From Candidatus Aenigmatarchaeota archaeon (GTDB taxonomy: Archaea > Aenigmatarchaeota > Aenigmatarchaeia > QMZS01): 51,880 nucleotides of DNA. The notes under the pieces are model-generated. The model did no database searches. It was not told where the DNA came from and was given only the letters and a program-made list of their open reading frames with translations. The position numbers and the translations under genes were made by a program. Numbering within the stretch: position 1 is the first letter of the stretch; each line of letters starts with the position of its first letter. The stretch covers positions 1 through 51,880 of the forward strand of contig JAGLVB010000013.1 in the NCBI GenBank assembly GCA_023134135.1, in the 5' to 3' direction. Positions 1-9,537 of the stretch are shown here, piece by piece.

Positions 1-405
1 GGGGTTAATTGGCAACAAGTCTAATCTTTCTGGATTCTTTTCAGTTCCAAAATAAACTCTGACTTTGAGAGTCTTATATTCTTTAACCAACTGATAAAAT
101 AATTTCATTGTTGGTTTTGTTTGCTCGTTAATTTCTAGTTGATTAAATTTGTCTTTGAATGCTTTAATTAATTGCTCTTTTGTGGGTTTAGTGGTATCAT
201 AACCCATCAGTATTTTAATCTCTTTAAGGTCTTTCAATGAACTTATTATTTCAATTAAACCTTCCAGATAGAAGTATCCCACAGCACACTTAAAACTTTC
301 AGAATCCTGTGCAATGGATTTCAATACCTGCTTCATATTGAGAGATTTGACTCTCTTGTTATCGACAATTTTTCCGTCCCTCAATATTTGACTAAAATCC
401 GCCAT
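1..405 (-). CDS. Partial gene (runs off window): N-terminal PLD-like domain typical of SNF2/helicase-nuclease defence proteins
   Basis: Manual translation from ATG at 405: MADFSQILRDGKIVDNK...SFSVAVGYFYLEGL...IKILMG...KVRVYFG. The 'IVDN...AVGYFY..G...I.ILMG' pattern resembles PLD-helicase N-termini. Purine-rich RBS (AAGGGGAAG) upstream. Confidence 0.55.
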   Translation of the reverse strand, partial: MADFSQILRDGKIVDNKRVKSLNMKQVLKSIAQDSESFKCAVGYFYLEGLIEIISSLKDLKEIKILMGYDTTKPTKEQLIKAFKDKFNQLEINEQTKPTMKLFYQLVKEYKTLKVRVYFGTEKNPERLDLLPINP

Positions 406-544
406 TTTTCTTCCCCTTTTCTAATTCATGCACCATAAATTTATCTATTTTTCGAGATAAGATAATTGAATTTTCTTCACAATACTTCTTATATGCATCA
501 TAAAGGTTTTCATCTAAACTTAAGGCCACAGTTTTTCTTCCCAT
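392..544 (-). CDS. Small ribbon-helix-helix-like DNA-binding protein (50 aa)
   Basis: Manual translation MGRKTVALSLDENLYDAYKKYCEENSIILSRKIDKFMVHELEKGKKNGGF*. Alternating beta strand then two helices; overlaps the start of the downstream gene; below the ORF-track cutoff. Confidence 0.65.
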   Translation of the reverse strand: MGRKTVALSLDENLYDAYKKYCEENSIILSRKIDKFMVHELEKGKKNGGF

Positions 545-744
545 ATGAATATATATAAATTCATATAATATAAACTTTTCTAATTTGTGATAAAAATCCC
601 CATAATTTGAGTAAATATGAGCCTTCGGCTTTGGTGTAAAGAACTCCCCCCGTCCTACGGACAGATTGTCTGCTTCGCAGAATATAACAGGAAATGGAAA
701 TTTTACTCTTCGTCGCTTCGCTCCTCGTCATCTTTCAGATGAGA

Positions 745-843
745 ATATAACAGCAGATATACGACTCCACTTCGTTCCGTCCAAATTTTTGCTTTGGAAC
801 AATTAAGGCTCGCAAAAACTTCGCATATCTGCATATGTTCAAT
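745..843 (+). repeat. attC-like imperfect palindrome
   Basis: ATATAAC (745-751) ... GTTCAAT (837-843). GCAGATATACGA (753-764) pairs with TCGCATATCTGC (821-832); inner TTTTTGC/GCAAAAA stem. Confidence 0.45.
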
Positions 844-906
844 CAAGATGATTTCCGCAAACTATTTGGTTAATCTATCTATATACAATAACAAACAAAT
901 TATTCT

Positions 907-1908
907 ATGCACTTGATAATTACTCTAAGTCTTTGTATCCTGATATCTTACGCGTTCAGCTTAATCGCCAATAAATTAAAAATATCTCCTGTTGTTTCAA
1001 TGATTGTTGCCGGACTTGTTATAGGTTCGTCCGCATTAAACGAGATTATTCTTGGACCTAACATATCTTATGTTTTAAGTATAGGTGATTTTGGTCTTCT
1101 TTGCCTGATGTTATTTGCGGGGATGGAATCTTCATGGAGTATGTTATACAAAGAAAAAAAAGAATCCATAATTATTGCTGTTTTTGCAACATTCATTCCT
1201 CTCCTGCTCGGATTTTTTACTTTCCTTTTAATGGGCTTCCCAGTATCAACTTCACTGATTGTCGGCATCTGCATGTGTATTACTGCGGAAGCAACAAAGG
1301 CAAAAGAACTTCTTGAACTGAAAAAACTTAAAACAAAAATAGGATCTTTGCTGATGGGCGCCGGAATACTTGATGATTTAATTGGAATTACTTTATTTAT
1401 TGGATCTGTCTATTTATTTACAAACACTTTAATAACAAAAGATATCCTGATTGTTTTTGGGGGTCTGACCGCTTTCTTCATAGGCATATTCATCCAAAAG
1501 ATTACCGGACCTGAAAGATACAAAATACCCTACCTTGAAAATTTCCTGTTTTTCTTCATAGTTCCTTTTTTCTTTATTTCTGTGGGTCTTTATTTTAATT
1601 TAATTGCGCTAACTCTAAACCCCTTTCTCCTGACTGTGATTATTGTCACAGCCATTGTCGGTAAAATATTAGGAGTTGTATTCACAAGACCATTTATTAA
1701 ATTGCGCATAAAACAACTCTATCTTGTTGGGTGGGGTATGAATTCAAGAGGGGCAATAGAGCTGGTGATTGTATTTACAGCTTTTAAAATAGGGTTGTTA
1801 GATCCAACCTTGTATTCCGGTCTTGTTGTTATGGCTCTAACAACCACATTTATTTTCCCTTTTTTTATCCGCAGCATGGTCAGGAAAAATCCTGGGATAA
1901 TGGACTAA
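907..1908 (+). CDS. Cation:proton antiporter (CPA2/Kef-type membrane domain)
   Basis: Multi-TM hydrophobic protein with 'GAGILDDLIG', 'PFFFISVG' and 'GMNSRGAIELV' motifs. Confidence 0.85.
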   Translation: MHLIITLSLCILISYAFSLIANKLKISPVVSMIVAGLVIGSSALNEIILGPNISYVLSIGDFGLLCLMLFAGMESSWSMLYKEKKESIIIAVFATFIPLLLGFFTFLLMGFPVSTSLIVGICMCITAEATKAKELLELKKLKTKIGSLLMGAGILDDLIGITLFIGSVYLFTNTLITKDILIVFGGLTAFFIGIFIQKITGPERYKIPYLENFLFFFIVPFFFISVGLYFNLIALTLNPFLLTVIIVTAIVGKILGVVFTRPFIKLRIKQLYLVGWGMNSRGAIELVIVFTAFKIGLLDPTLYSGLVVMALTTTFIFPFFIRSMVRKNPGIMD

Positions 1909-2411
1909 ATATTCAGATAAGCGCAGATTTTCTCAACAACCTGTTCTATATTATATTCAACAGTATCAATAATTAAATCATAATTCTCCGCATCAAAAAT
2001 ATCCACAGAATACAACCGAATATATTTCTCTCTTTCTATTTTTTCTCTTTTCTCAATTTTTTCTTTCGCAATTTCTAAACTTAAGTTATCTCTTTTTACA
2101 ATCCTTTTTATTCTCTCATCCAAAGGAGCTTTTAGCCATATTTTTAAATCAGAGTTTGCAAAATGAAAACCCATTCTTGAATCCAGAATTGTGTTCTGTT
2201 TTGTAGCTCTCTGTTTTTCATCAACCTCGGTATCCAAATCCAGATTTTTCTCAGCATATTCCAAAAAATCTGTTAAATCTATTTTATGTTCTTCCGCCAG
2301 TTTCTTAAATATTTCGCCTGTAGAATTATAAGTGTAATTTAATTTTTTAGCGATTTCTTTTCCTATTGTTGATTTCCCTGAACCAACTTCCCCTGAAAGT
2401 GTGATTATCAT
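1905..2411 (-). CDS. cmk: Cytidylate kinase, archaeal type
   Basis: MIITLSGEVGSGKST P-loop, 'STGEIFKKLA', 'IWLKAPLDERIKRIVKRD', 'YDLIIDT'. Confidence 0.85.
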   Translation of the reverse strand: MIITLSGEVGSGKSTIGKEIAKKLNYTYNSTGEIFKKLAEEHKIDLTDFLEYAEKNLDLDTEVDEKQRATKQNTILDSRMGFHFANSDLKIWLKAPLDERIKRIVKRDNLSLEIAKEKIEKREKIEREKYIRLYSVDIFDAENYDLIIDTVEYNIEQVVEKICAYLNI

Positions 2412-2433
2412 TTTATCTTAAAATAAATGTAAA

Positions 2434-2545
2434 ATGGGATCATTAACCCACGATGTTTTTGGGGTGCAGACCTTTCCTCTATTTGCAAAGCAAATTGAGG
2501 TGCCGTCTGAAAGACGAGCATTTGCTTCACCTATGAAAAGGGTTG
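2434..2545. repeat. Multi-hairpin intergenic mini-element between mcm and cmk
   Basis: Stems CCTC-T-ATTTGC-AAA-GCAAAT-T-GAGG and CGTC-TGAAA-GACG; GC-richer than the flanks. Confidence 0.5.
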
Positions 2546-2547
2546 CT

Positions 2548-4545
2548 TCAGACTTTTCTTATAAACCCGGGTTTTGGTTTATATAGCACACCCTCCCTCT
2601 CAAGTTTTTGCACCATATCTCTCACCTCACCAAGACCTTCTTCCTCCGCTAAAGCCTCAATATCTTCCATTGAAACCTCTTTGGAATCTTTTTCAAGTTT
2701 ATCTATAATATCCAGCAATATTCTTATTTTTGACCTTTGCGTTCCGGCCACAGAATTTTCCATCCTATCAATATCCAGTTTATTTGTTTCAGCATCAAAA
2801 CCAAGTTGTCGCAATGAAATCTGCATAATTCTTATTGCCCTATCCGCATCTTCCTTTATTGTTTCTGTTCTTAAATTTACTTTTGCTGAACCCTGGGCAA
2901 GTCTTATTAATGCCTCAAATTGCCTGAAAGTTATTGGAACTATTCTATCCTCCTCAGTAAATTTGCTTCTCATATCTATAAAGAAGTTCTTGAACACTTT
3001 TAAAGTATCTTCGGTTAAAATAACCTCTTTTACATGTTGTTTTGAATAAGCTATATATTTTTTTATAAAAGAATGCGGTATTTCAGGCTCAATAGAATTT
3101 ATATCCAGTCTGGCTTTTAAAACATGGTCCACAAGTTTCTTATCTGCGTCCACATCAGGCACATCCCTTAAAGCAAATTTCAAATCAAACCTTGATAATA
3201 AAGTTGGTGGTATCATTATCTGCTCTGCTATGGGGGTATAAACATCAAATCTTCCAAGTTTTGGGTTTGCCCCGGCCAGAACGCTTGTCTGCGCAGGAAG
3301 GGTGGCAATAATAGTGGCTTTCGCTATGGAAACCGTTCCCTGCTCAAGAGCTTCGTGCATTGCAACCATATCCTCTTTATCCATTTTCTCAAATTCATCA
3401 ATCGCCAGCAAACCTTTGTTGCAAAGCACCAAAGCTCCCGCCTCAAGAACCCAGCCTCCAGTGAATTCATCCTTTCTCACAGTAGAGATAAGTCCTGCTC
3501 CGGTAACACCTTTTCCTGACACATACTTGGAACGAGGAATAAATTTGGAAACTAATTTAAGCAACTGGGATTTTGCTGTTGCGGGGTCACCAACAATAAG
3601 CAGATGGATATCACCCCTTATATGAGAACCATCAGGTAAATCTGCATGAGTCCCTCCGAAAATCTGCAATAAAATTGCTTCCTTTATCTCCCTATTTCCA
3701 TAAATAGAAGGGGCAAGTGAATCAACAAGTTTATCAAAAATATCCTTTTGTTTGGATAATTCAATAATCTTCTGCTCATCCTCCTTGCTTATATTTATCT
3801 CCTCAAGTTCCTGTTCTGTGAGCTCAATATAATTTGCTTCCAGATAAATATCTGTTTGTGTGGATTCAATTCCTCTTACCTGTCTTGAAAGTTCTTTTAA
3901 AATACCATTTAAAATTATCCGGTTTCCCGGGTCGGTCTTTCTCTGCATTTCCGGGGTTGTTAAATCTTTCTTTAAAAAAACTTTTATCTCTCCGGGCTTT
4001 TCACCTTCAGTAATCTCAAAAGGCTCCTGGATAGTAACCCATCTGGAATCATACATTTTCTTTTCAAGTAATTTAAATGAAGTTCTCCTCTTGCAAGTTG
4101 GACAAAGATAAGGTTTCACAATAGTTGAACCCCGCTGTTCCAGAGAGAATTTTTCCCCGCATTCCTGACATTCATGCAAGGTTTCATAAATTCTTGGTTT
4201 TACTTCAGAAGCCACCTTAACCATCCCCTCAACACAGAGGAATTTCTCCATATGCCTTGTCCTTAAATTCCTTATCCTTTCCTCCTGTGATTTTGGGAGA
4301 TTTTTAAATTGCAGTTCCACCTCAACTTCGAGCCCAAATTCTTTAACACCTTCATTAAATTCCTTTATTATTTCCTGTGGTTTTTCAAGTAAATCTTCCG
4401 CTAGTTTATCATCATATTTATCCAGTTCATTAAAATCAATAATAACTGATTTCCCGTTTGTTGCCGCAAAAACCAGCTTTTCCTTGTATTTCCTTAAATA
4501 ATCATCAATTTGCTCCTTTAATTTGATATTTCTCTCCAGATCCAT
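2548..4545 (-). CDS. mcm: MCM replicative helicase
   Basis: Zn finger CQEC...CPTC, Walker A GDPATAKSQ, 'LEAGALVL', Walker B IDEFEKM, arginine finger LLSRFD, C-terminal wHTH; no intein. Confidence 0.98.
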   Translation of the reverse strand: MDLERNIKLKEQIDDYLRKYKEKLVFAATNGKSVIIDFNELDKYDDKLAEDLLEKPQEIIKEFNEGVKEFGLEVEVELQFKNLPKSQEERIRNLRTRHMEKFLCVEGMVKVASEVKPRIYETLHECQECGEKFSLEQRGSTIVKPYLCPTCKRRTSFKLLEKKMYDSRWVTIQEPFEITEGEKPGEIKVFLKKDLTTPEMQRKTDPGNRIILNGILKELSRQVRGIESTQTDIYLEANYIELTEQELEEINISKEDEQKIIELSKQKDIFDKLVDSLAPSIYGNREIKEAILLQIFGGTHADLPDGSHIRGDIHLLIVGDPATAKSQLLKLVSKFIPRSKYVSGKGVTGAGLISTVRKDEFTGGWVLEAGALVLCNKGLLAIDEFEKMDKEDMVAMHEALEQGTVSIAKATIIATLPAQTSVLAGANPKLGRFDVYTPIAEQIMIPPTLLSRFDLKFALRDVPDVDADKKLVDHVLKARLDINSIEPEIPHSFIKKYIAYSKQHVKEVILTEDTLKVFKNFFIDMRSKFTEEDRIVPITFRQFEALIRLAQGSAKVNLRTETIKEDADRAIRIMQISLRQLGFDAETNKLDIDRMENSVAGTQRSKIRILLDIIDKLEKDSKEVSMEDIEALAEEEGLGEVRDMVQKLEREGVLYKPKPGFIRKV

Positions 4546-4580
4546 TATAGAAATTATTTTAAATTGATAGTTGATTTATT

Positions 4581-4595
4581 TATTACATTGTAATA
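4581..4595. promoter_or_regulatory. Perfect palindrome TATTACA-T-TGTAATA upstream of mcm (putative operator)
   Basis: Lies 36-50 bp upstream of the mcm ATG; same motif at 13305-13319 and 15783-15797. Confidence 0.55.
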
Positions 4596-4686
4596 TCCAA
4601 TGTTTTTCATAAATTTTTGGTTTTTATTCATAATTATCACTTTACTTGATAGTTTTATTTATGTCTTGTAGATTTGACAGAGCAAC

Positions 4687-5169
4687 TTATATAATTAATT
4701 GCTGTGTTATATCAATTTCTCTTTGTATTTTCTTATAGACAATACAGGTTGCATAAGGTTGTTCTTCCTGTTTTTTCTTTGGAAAATCACTAAAAAATTC
4801 ATCTACCATAACAACCGCATATGCCAGATGTTCTAGGGTATCTATCAAAACAGCTTCTTTAGGTGTTTTATTATAGATTTCCACTTTACTTCCAACTCCA
4901 AGTCTGAATAATTTACAAGTATAAATACAATATGAATCTGGTGACCTCTCCTGTCCCTCCCAAACACAACTCCTTTCCAATAAATCATTGCGGTTTCCGG
5001 AATGTATTCGACGATCCCTATCGGCAAGTACACCAGAACATTGCCTGTAAGGGTACTTACAATACCGACCATCAGGATTTATTAATTTTACATCTTTATG
5101 TTCCCTGTCTTTTTTTGTAACGTAATACTCAACCCTAAATACTTCCTCTAAGTCTTCTAATTCTCTCAT
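4687..5169 (-). CDS. Hypothetical protein
   Basis: 160-aa ORF filling the intergenic space; no recognised motif. Confidence 0.5.
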   Translation of the reverse strand: MRELEDLEEVFRVEYYVTKKDREHKDVKLINPDGRYCKYPYRQCSGVLADRDRRIHSGNRNDLLERSCVWEGQERSPDSYCIYTCKLFRLGVGSKVEIYNKTPKEAVLIDTLEHLAYAVVMVDEFFSDFPKKKQEEQPYATCIVYKKIQREIDITQQLII

Positions 5170-5271
5170 TAATCTATTCCGTTAATTTAATTAATTTAAG
5201 TATGTGGTTTTATATCCCGAATCTTTTAGAAAATAAATATAACGGTAATTATTTAAATTTTAAATAATATA

Positions 5272-5871
5272 ATGAAATATAGTGCAGTATATGAACTTAA
5301 GACCTCTGAGATTAAAGATTATGTTATATTCCCTGTAAATTTAAAAGAAAGTAAAGAATTTGAAGCCTCTACAGATGAAGAAGCTCTTAAGATTGCGCAA
5401 TATATCGGGTATCATATGGCAAAAATCATAAACCCAGAGGAATTTGATATAAAAAAAGTATTTCACAAACTAGACAATTTTTCACAAGTTACAATTAAGG
5501 ATTTATACAATAAAGAAACCAATCATAAATTAGACCTTCCAGTTCAAGAAAGCCATTATGCTGATTCTCTAATTATAAAATCTATCAGGTCGCATGGTAA
5601 AGATTGTCCTGTTGAAATTGTTGGGGTGAATTCTTACCTTTTAGGTCCACATAGTTTTATCGCAAAAAAAAAGTTGCCTGTTGATTCTGCAGATAGAGAC
5701 TTAAAAGAACTTTATTCCAATATTTACAAACCGCTTATGAAAGATGAAGATTTACTTAAAAATTATGGAGAACTCATTTATCCGGAAAATAAATTAATTA
5801 TAACCCCCGATACATATATATTCTTTCTTCACGTAGATGTACGTTTGCATACTGACAATCCTATAAGATAA
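5272..5871 (+). CDS. Hypothetical protein
   Basis: 199-aa ORF with an AT-rich promoter-like upstream region; no recognised motif. Confidence 0.6.
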   Translation: MKYSAVYELKTSEIKDYVIFPVNLKESKEFEASTDEEALKIAQYIGYHMAKIINPEEFDIKKVFHKLDNFSQVTIKDLYNKETNHKLDLPVQESHYADSLIIKSIRSHGKDCPVEIVGVNSYLLGPHSFIAKKKLPVDSADRDLKELYSNIYKPLMKDEDLLKNYGELIYPENKLIITPDTYIFFLHVDVRLHTDNPIR

Positions 5872-5881
5872 ATGTTATAAA

Positions 5882-6427
5882 TCATTCACAATCTCCACAT
5901 ATCCATAAGCCTCTTGAGAATTTCAAATCATTTGTGAATTTGCCGCAAACCTCACATATTCCCTTTACTCTTTTCTTTGCTTCCCCGCCTGGATGGATTC
6001 TTAACCATTCTATTTTATCAAGTAAGAATGTTGGTAAAACACTCATAATATCTTTCATAGTGATTATCCCAATAACCTCTTTTTTCTCTAAATCAATTAC
6101 AGGTAATCTTCTTATTTTATTCATCAGCATTTTATCAGAAGCATGTAAAAGGTCCTCATCAGGAGAAACATATTTTACAGGGCTCTCCATTATATCCTTT
6201 ACTTTTGTTTTTGAACATTTATTCTTTGCAACTGCTTTTCTAGTAATATCTCTTTCAGACACCATCCCTATTAATTTACCTTTATCAATTACAAGAACAT
6301 TAGCTACTCTGAATTCCTCCATTTTTTTTGCAGCAGACTGGATTGTAGTATTTGGCAATACTTGAGCTAATTCAGTTGTCATTGCATCTCTTACCCTCAA
6401 TTTTTTCCTGAAAAAAGATCTTAACAT
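5882..6427 (-). CDS. CBS-pair protein with C-terminal zinc ribbon
   Basis: 'VRDAMT', 'LIGMVSERDI', 'KVKDIM', 'IRRLPVID', then CEVC...CGDC. Start taken at MLRS (6427). Confidence 0.9.
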   Translation of the reverse strand: MLRSFFRKKLRVRDAMTTELAQVLPNTTIQSAAKKMEEFRVANVLVIDKGKLIGMVSERDITRKAVAKNKCSKTKVKDIMESPVKYVSPDEDLLHASDKMLMNKIRRLPVIDLEKKEVIGIITMKDIMSVLPTFLLDKIEWLRIHPGGEAKKRVKGICEVCGKFTNDLKFSRGLWICGDCE

Positions 6428-6467
6428 AATATATATCAACAATTATAAATAAGTAATTTTAAAATGA

Positions 6468-8699
6468 TTAATTAGTCGTCAATTGTCTTATTTCAGTTGG
6501 CTCTTTTTTACCCGCCCCTCTTATAAATTCACAAAGTCTGCCTGTTCCCGCCTGCACAAGCCGTTCATCATGAGTAACAATAATCACCTGATCAAGCAAA
6601 TCTACTACCTTTGTCCTGAATATCTCAGTAAGATTATCAATGGTATTTGAATCAAGATTATGGGTGGGCTCATCTAAAATAAGAATTTTCATATAAGGAG
6701 CCAAAACAACCGATAAAGCAATTCTCAATACAATAGACGCAATTGATCTTTCTCCCCCAGAAGAAAAACCTTCTACATTTATCCATGTGTTTTTGAGGTC
6801 GCAAAGTTGCAAAAGGTAATCCCTATCCTCTATTTTAAACCTAATTCCTGTATAATCTTCATAAGGGTAAACATAAACCCATATCTCATTCATCACTTCA
6901 TTAAGAGTCTCAATAAATTCTTTCCTAAGAACCTCCTGAACTTCAACAAGTATATTTGAAAAATCAGACAGCGCAGAAGAACCATATTCTAAAAATTCTA
7001 TTTCTGCCTTTGTTTTTTCAAGAAATTCAATCTCTCTTACCATTTGTTTCATCATTTCCTGTTTTTCAGTTTTCAATTCTTCTTTGTGTTTATAATTCAG
7101 TTTTAACTCCAATAAATTTCTCTTCAACTCTTCAACTTCTTTCCTGAGATTCTCAAACTCGGTTTCATTAAATGAAACCTCTTTTATTGCTTTTTCAATC
7201 AAAGTCTTTTTTTCCTCGCATTCTTTTAATTTTTGTTTTTTTATCTCAAGTATCTTCCACTTCCCTAAATTCACTTTTAATTCAAGAAATTCTTCTTTTA
7301 ATTTAGAATAATCTATTTTATTTGCTTTAAGCTCTGCCAGCATATTTTTTATCCTCTCGTACTCTTCCTCTGTGTTTTCAAGTTGTTTTAATCTGTTAAT
7401 GAAAAAAATCGCTTTTTCCTTATTTTTACTTTCTGTTTTAAATTTGGTGTTTATCTCAGAATGTTGTTTTTCAAAATTAATAATCTCTTTGTTCAATTCG
7501 CTTAATTCCTCTTTTTTGGATTTTATCAGTTTTTCTTTTTTTTCCTCATTAAGTTCCGCGTCGCAGGTAGGGCAAGTCCCTTTTACTTTATCTAGATTTT
7601 TAATTGCTTCCTCAAGCGTCCTCTTTCTTAACATCCCGCCAACCAAAAATTCTTTTATTTCCTCTACTTTTGTTTTCAATAACTCAAAGTCATTCTCATC
7701 AAATCCCACAATGAACTCCTGCGCGATTTTTTTATCTGTTAAAGAATTGTTAAGTTCTTTTAGAGTGGATTCAAGACCTGAAATCTTTCTCTCGCGTTCC
7801 AGTTCTTTCTTTTCAACTGCTTCAAGTTCTGATTTTTTATTCTCAAATTCTTTTTCTCTCTCGAAAATATTTCCAATATCCTCTCCCTCCAAATCGCTCC
7901 TGAAAACCGAAATTTTTGCCTCAAGTTCAATAAATTGTTTTTTCCGGGACTTAAATTCTGATTTCAATTTCTCAGATTCTTTATAAATTATTTCATTTTT
8001 AGCCAACAAAAGTGTTGTTTTCTTTATCTCTTCCTCTAAACGCAATCTTTCAGTTTCCAAATAAATTAAACTCAACTCAACCTGTTTTTTATTGGCTCTC
8101 AACTCCTGTTCTTTAATTGAAATAATTGCATCTGATTTTGCGGATTTAAGATTTTTAAATTTGTTTATGATTGAATTGGTTTTTGACCTTGCGGACTCAA
8201 ATTTAGACAATTTCAATAAATCATCAATATGATTCATCCTGTTCCCCGGCGGGATTGTGAGAAAATAATCCATCTGGTTTTGCTCCGCGTAAATCACTTT
8301 TGAAAATAAATCATAATCTATTTTAAGAATATGTTCGATTGCTTCAGTAACCTGCGATGGGTTAATTGCAATTAATTTGTTATTTTTTCTTAATTCTGCG
8401 CCTGAAGATTTACTTATATAAATCTCACGGGAAATCTCATATTTATTATTATCCATTTCAAACCGCAGGATAATTTTAGCGGATTCTTCTGTGAAAGGTT
8501 TTGACATTATCAGGTCTGAAATCTTTATCTTCCTCTTCTGTAATTTTGGTATTGTCCCATATAATGCAAAACATATTGCATCCAGAACACTTGATTTTCC
8601 GGAACCGGAAATACCTATAAAAACATTGTTTCCTTTTGAAAATTCCAGTTTCGTTCTCTTATGAGACCGGAAATTAAATAATTCTATTTCTGTAAACAT
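6468..8699 (-). CDS. rad50: Rad50/SbcC-type SMC ATPase
   Basis: NFRSH, Walker A GISGSGKSS, Q-loop, coiled coils with zinc hook CPTC, signature SGGE, Walker B/D-loop LDEPTHNLD, H-loop VTHD. Confidence 0.9.
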   Translation of the reverse strand: MFTEIELFNFRSHKRTKLEFSKGNNVFIGISGSGKSSVLDAICFALYGTIPKLQKRKIKISDLIMSKPFTEESAKIILRFEMDNNKYEISREIYISKSSGAELRKNNKLIAINPSQVTEAIEHILKIDYDLFSKVIYAEQNQMDYFLTIPPGNRMNHIDDLLKLSKFESARSKTNSIINKFKNLKSAKSDAIISIKEQELRANKKQVELSLIYLETERLRLEEEIKKTTLLLAKNEIIYKESEKLKSEFKSRKKQFIELEAKISVFRSDLEGEDIGNIFEREKEFENKKSELEAVEKKELERERKISGLESTLKELNNSLTDKKIAQEFIVGFDENDFELLKTKVEEIKEFLVGGMLRKRTLEEAIKNLDKVKGTCPTCDAELNEEKKEKLIKSKKEELSELNKEIINFEKQHSEINTKFKTESKNKEKAIFFINRLKQLENTEEEYERIKNMLAELKANKIDYSKLKEEFLELKVNLGKWKILEIKKQKLKECEEKKTLIEKAIKEVSFNETEFENLRKEVEELKRNLLELKLNYKHKEELKTEKQEMMKQMVREIEFLEKTKAEIEFLEYGSSALSDFSNILVEVQEVLRKEFIETLNEVMNEIWVYVYPYEDYTGIRFKIEDRDYLLQLCDLKNTWINVEGFSSGGERSIASIVLRIALSVVLAPYMKILILDEPTHNLDSNTIDNLTEIFRTKVVDLLDQVIIVTHDERLVQAGTGRLCEFIRGAGKKEPTEIRQLTTN

Positions 8700-8872
8700 A
8701 ATTTAATAATTATAATTTTCAAGTGTATTTTTGTCATTTTAGTGAAAATTTATTTATTGAATAGCTCATAAAACAAATAACAATTTATATTTAAAATTTT
8801 AATCTAAATTTATTAAGTAAGTGGTTAATTCAACGATTCAAAAGGTTATTAACTAACGAACTAGTATATAAA

Positions 8873-9142
8873 ATGGCAGATAACGAAGTTTTGGTTGGAA
8901 AAAAGCCTTTGATGAGTTATGTCCTTGCAGTCATAACCCAATTATCAGAAGCAAAAGGGGAAGTAGTCATAAAGGCAAGAGGTAGATCAATCAGCAGCGC
9001 AGTGGACATAGTGCAGATAGTGAAGAATAAATTTGCAAAAGATGCAAAAATAGGTGAAGTGAAGATAGGGACACAGGAAGTAGAAGCAAAAGAAGGAGGA
9101 AAAATAAATGTTTCAACAATAGAGATTTCAATAAGCAAGTAA
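8873..9142 (+). CDS. albA: Chromatin protein Alba
   Basis: 'VGKKPLMSYVLAV', 'IKARGRSISSAVD', 'VSTIEISI'. Confidence 0.97.
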   Translation: MADNEVLVGKKPLMSYVLAVITQLSEAKGEVVIKARGRSISSAVDIVQIVKNKFAKDAKIGEVKIGTQEVEAKEGGKINVSTIEISISK

Positions 9143-9161
9143 TTTTTGTTTTTATTATTTT

Positions 9162-9518
9162 ATGTTTTCAGAAAGAAAGTTAATTAGATTATCCTTACTT
9201 ACAATAATAATTGGTTTAACCGGACTATATTTTATAGGTCTATTTGTAGACCCTGAATTTGTTGAAATTGATCATATTGACGAAAATATGGCAGGAAAAG
9301 TTATTTCAACAGAAGGAACAATCTCAAAAATTGCTTTTATTGAAAAATCAAAAACTTTGTTTTTGGATATTAAAGGAGATGAAAAAACCCTGAAAATTAT
9401 TATTTTTAATTCTGAAAGAGATCTCTTTAAGAAAGGTGATGAAATTATCCTTAGTGGAGAGCTGGCAACTTATAAAGGAAAATTGGAATTAATCGCTAGA
9501 GATATTGAGAAGATTTAG
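9162..9518 (+). CDS. Membrane-anchored OB-fold protein
   Basis: N-terminal TM helix; OB-fold-like 'GDEIILSGELATYKGKLELIA'. Confidence 0.7.
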   Translation: MFSERKLIRLSLLTIIIGLTGLYFIGLFVDPEFVEIDHIDENMAGKVISTEGTISKIAFIEKSKTLFLDIKGDEKTLKIIIFNSERDLFKKGDEIILSGELATYKGKLELIARDIEKI

Positions 9519-9537
9519 CAAAACTTAAAGTAGGGAT

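Noticed and set aside
2434-2545. tRNA or known ncRNA
   Set aside because: No cloverleaf or T-loop motif; I found no tRNA or rRNA gene anywhere in the window.
4845-5072. Alternative-frame ORF inside the 4687-5169 gene (possible frameshift)
   Set aside because: No homology or slippery-site evidence is visible; it cannot be supported.
2543-7986. Antisense ORFs over mcm, the CBS gene and rad50 (e.g. 2543-3049, 5934-6365, 7372-7986) and similar ones elsewhere
   Set aside because: S/F/L/I-rich shadow frames of well-supported genes on the opposite strand.
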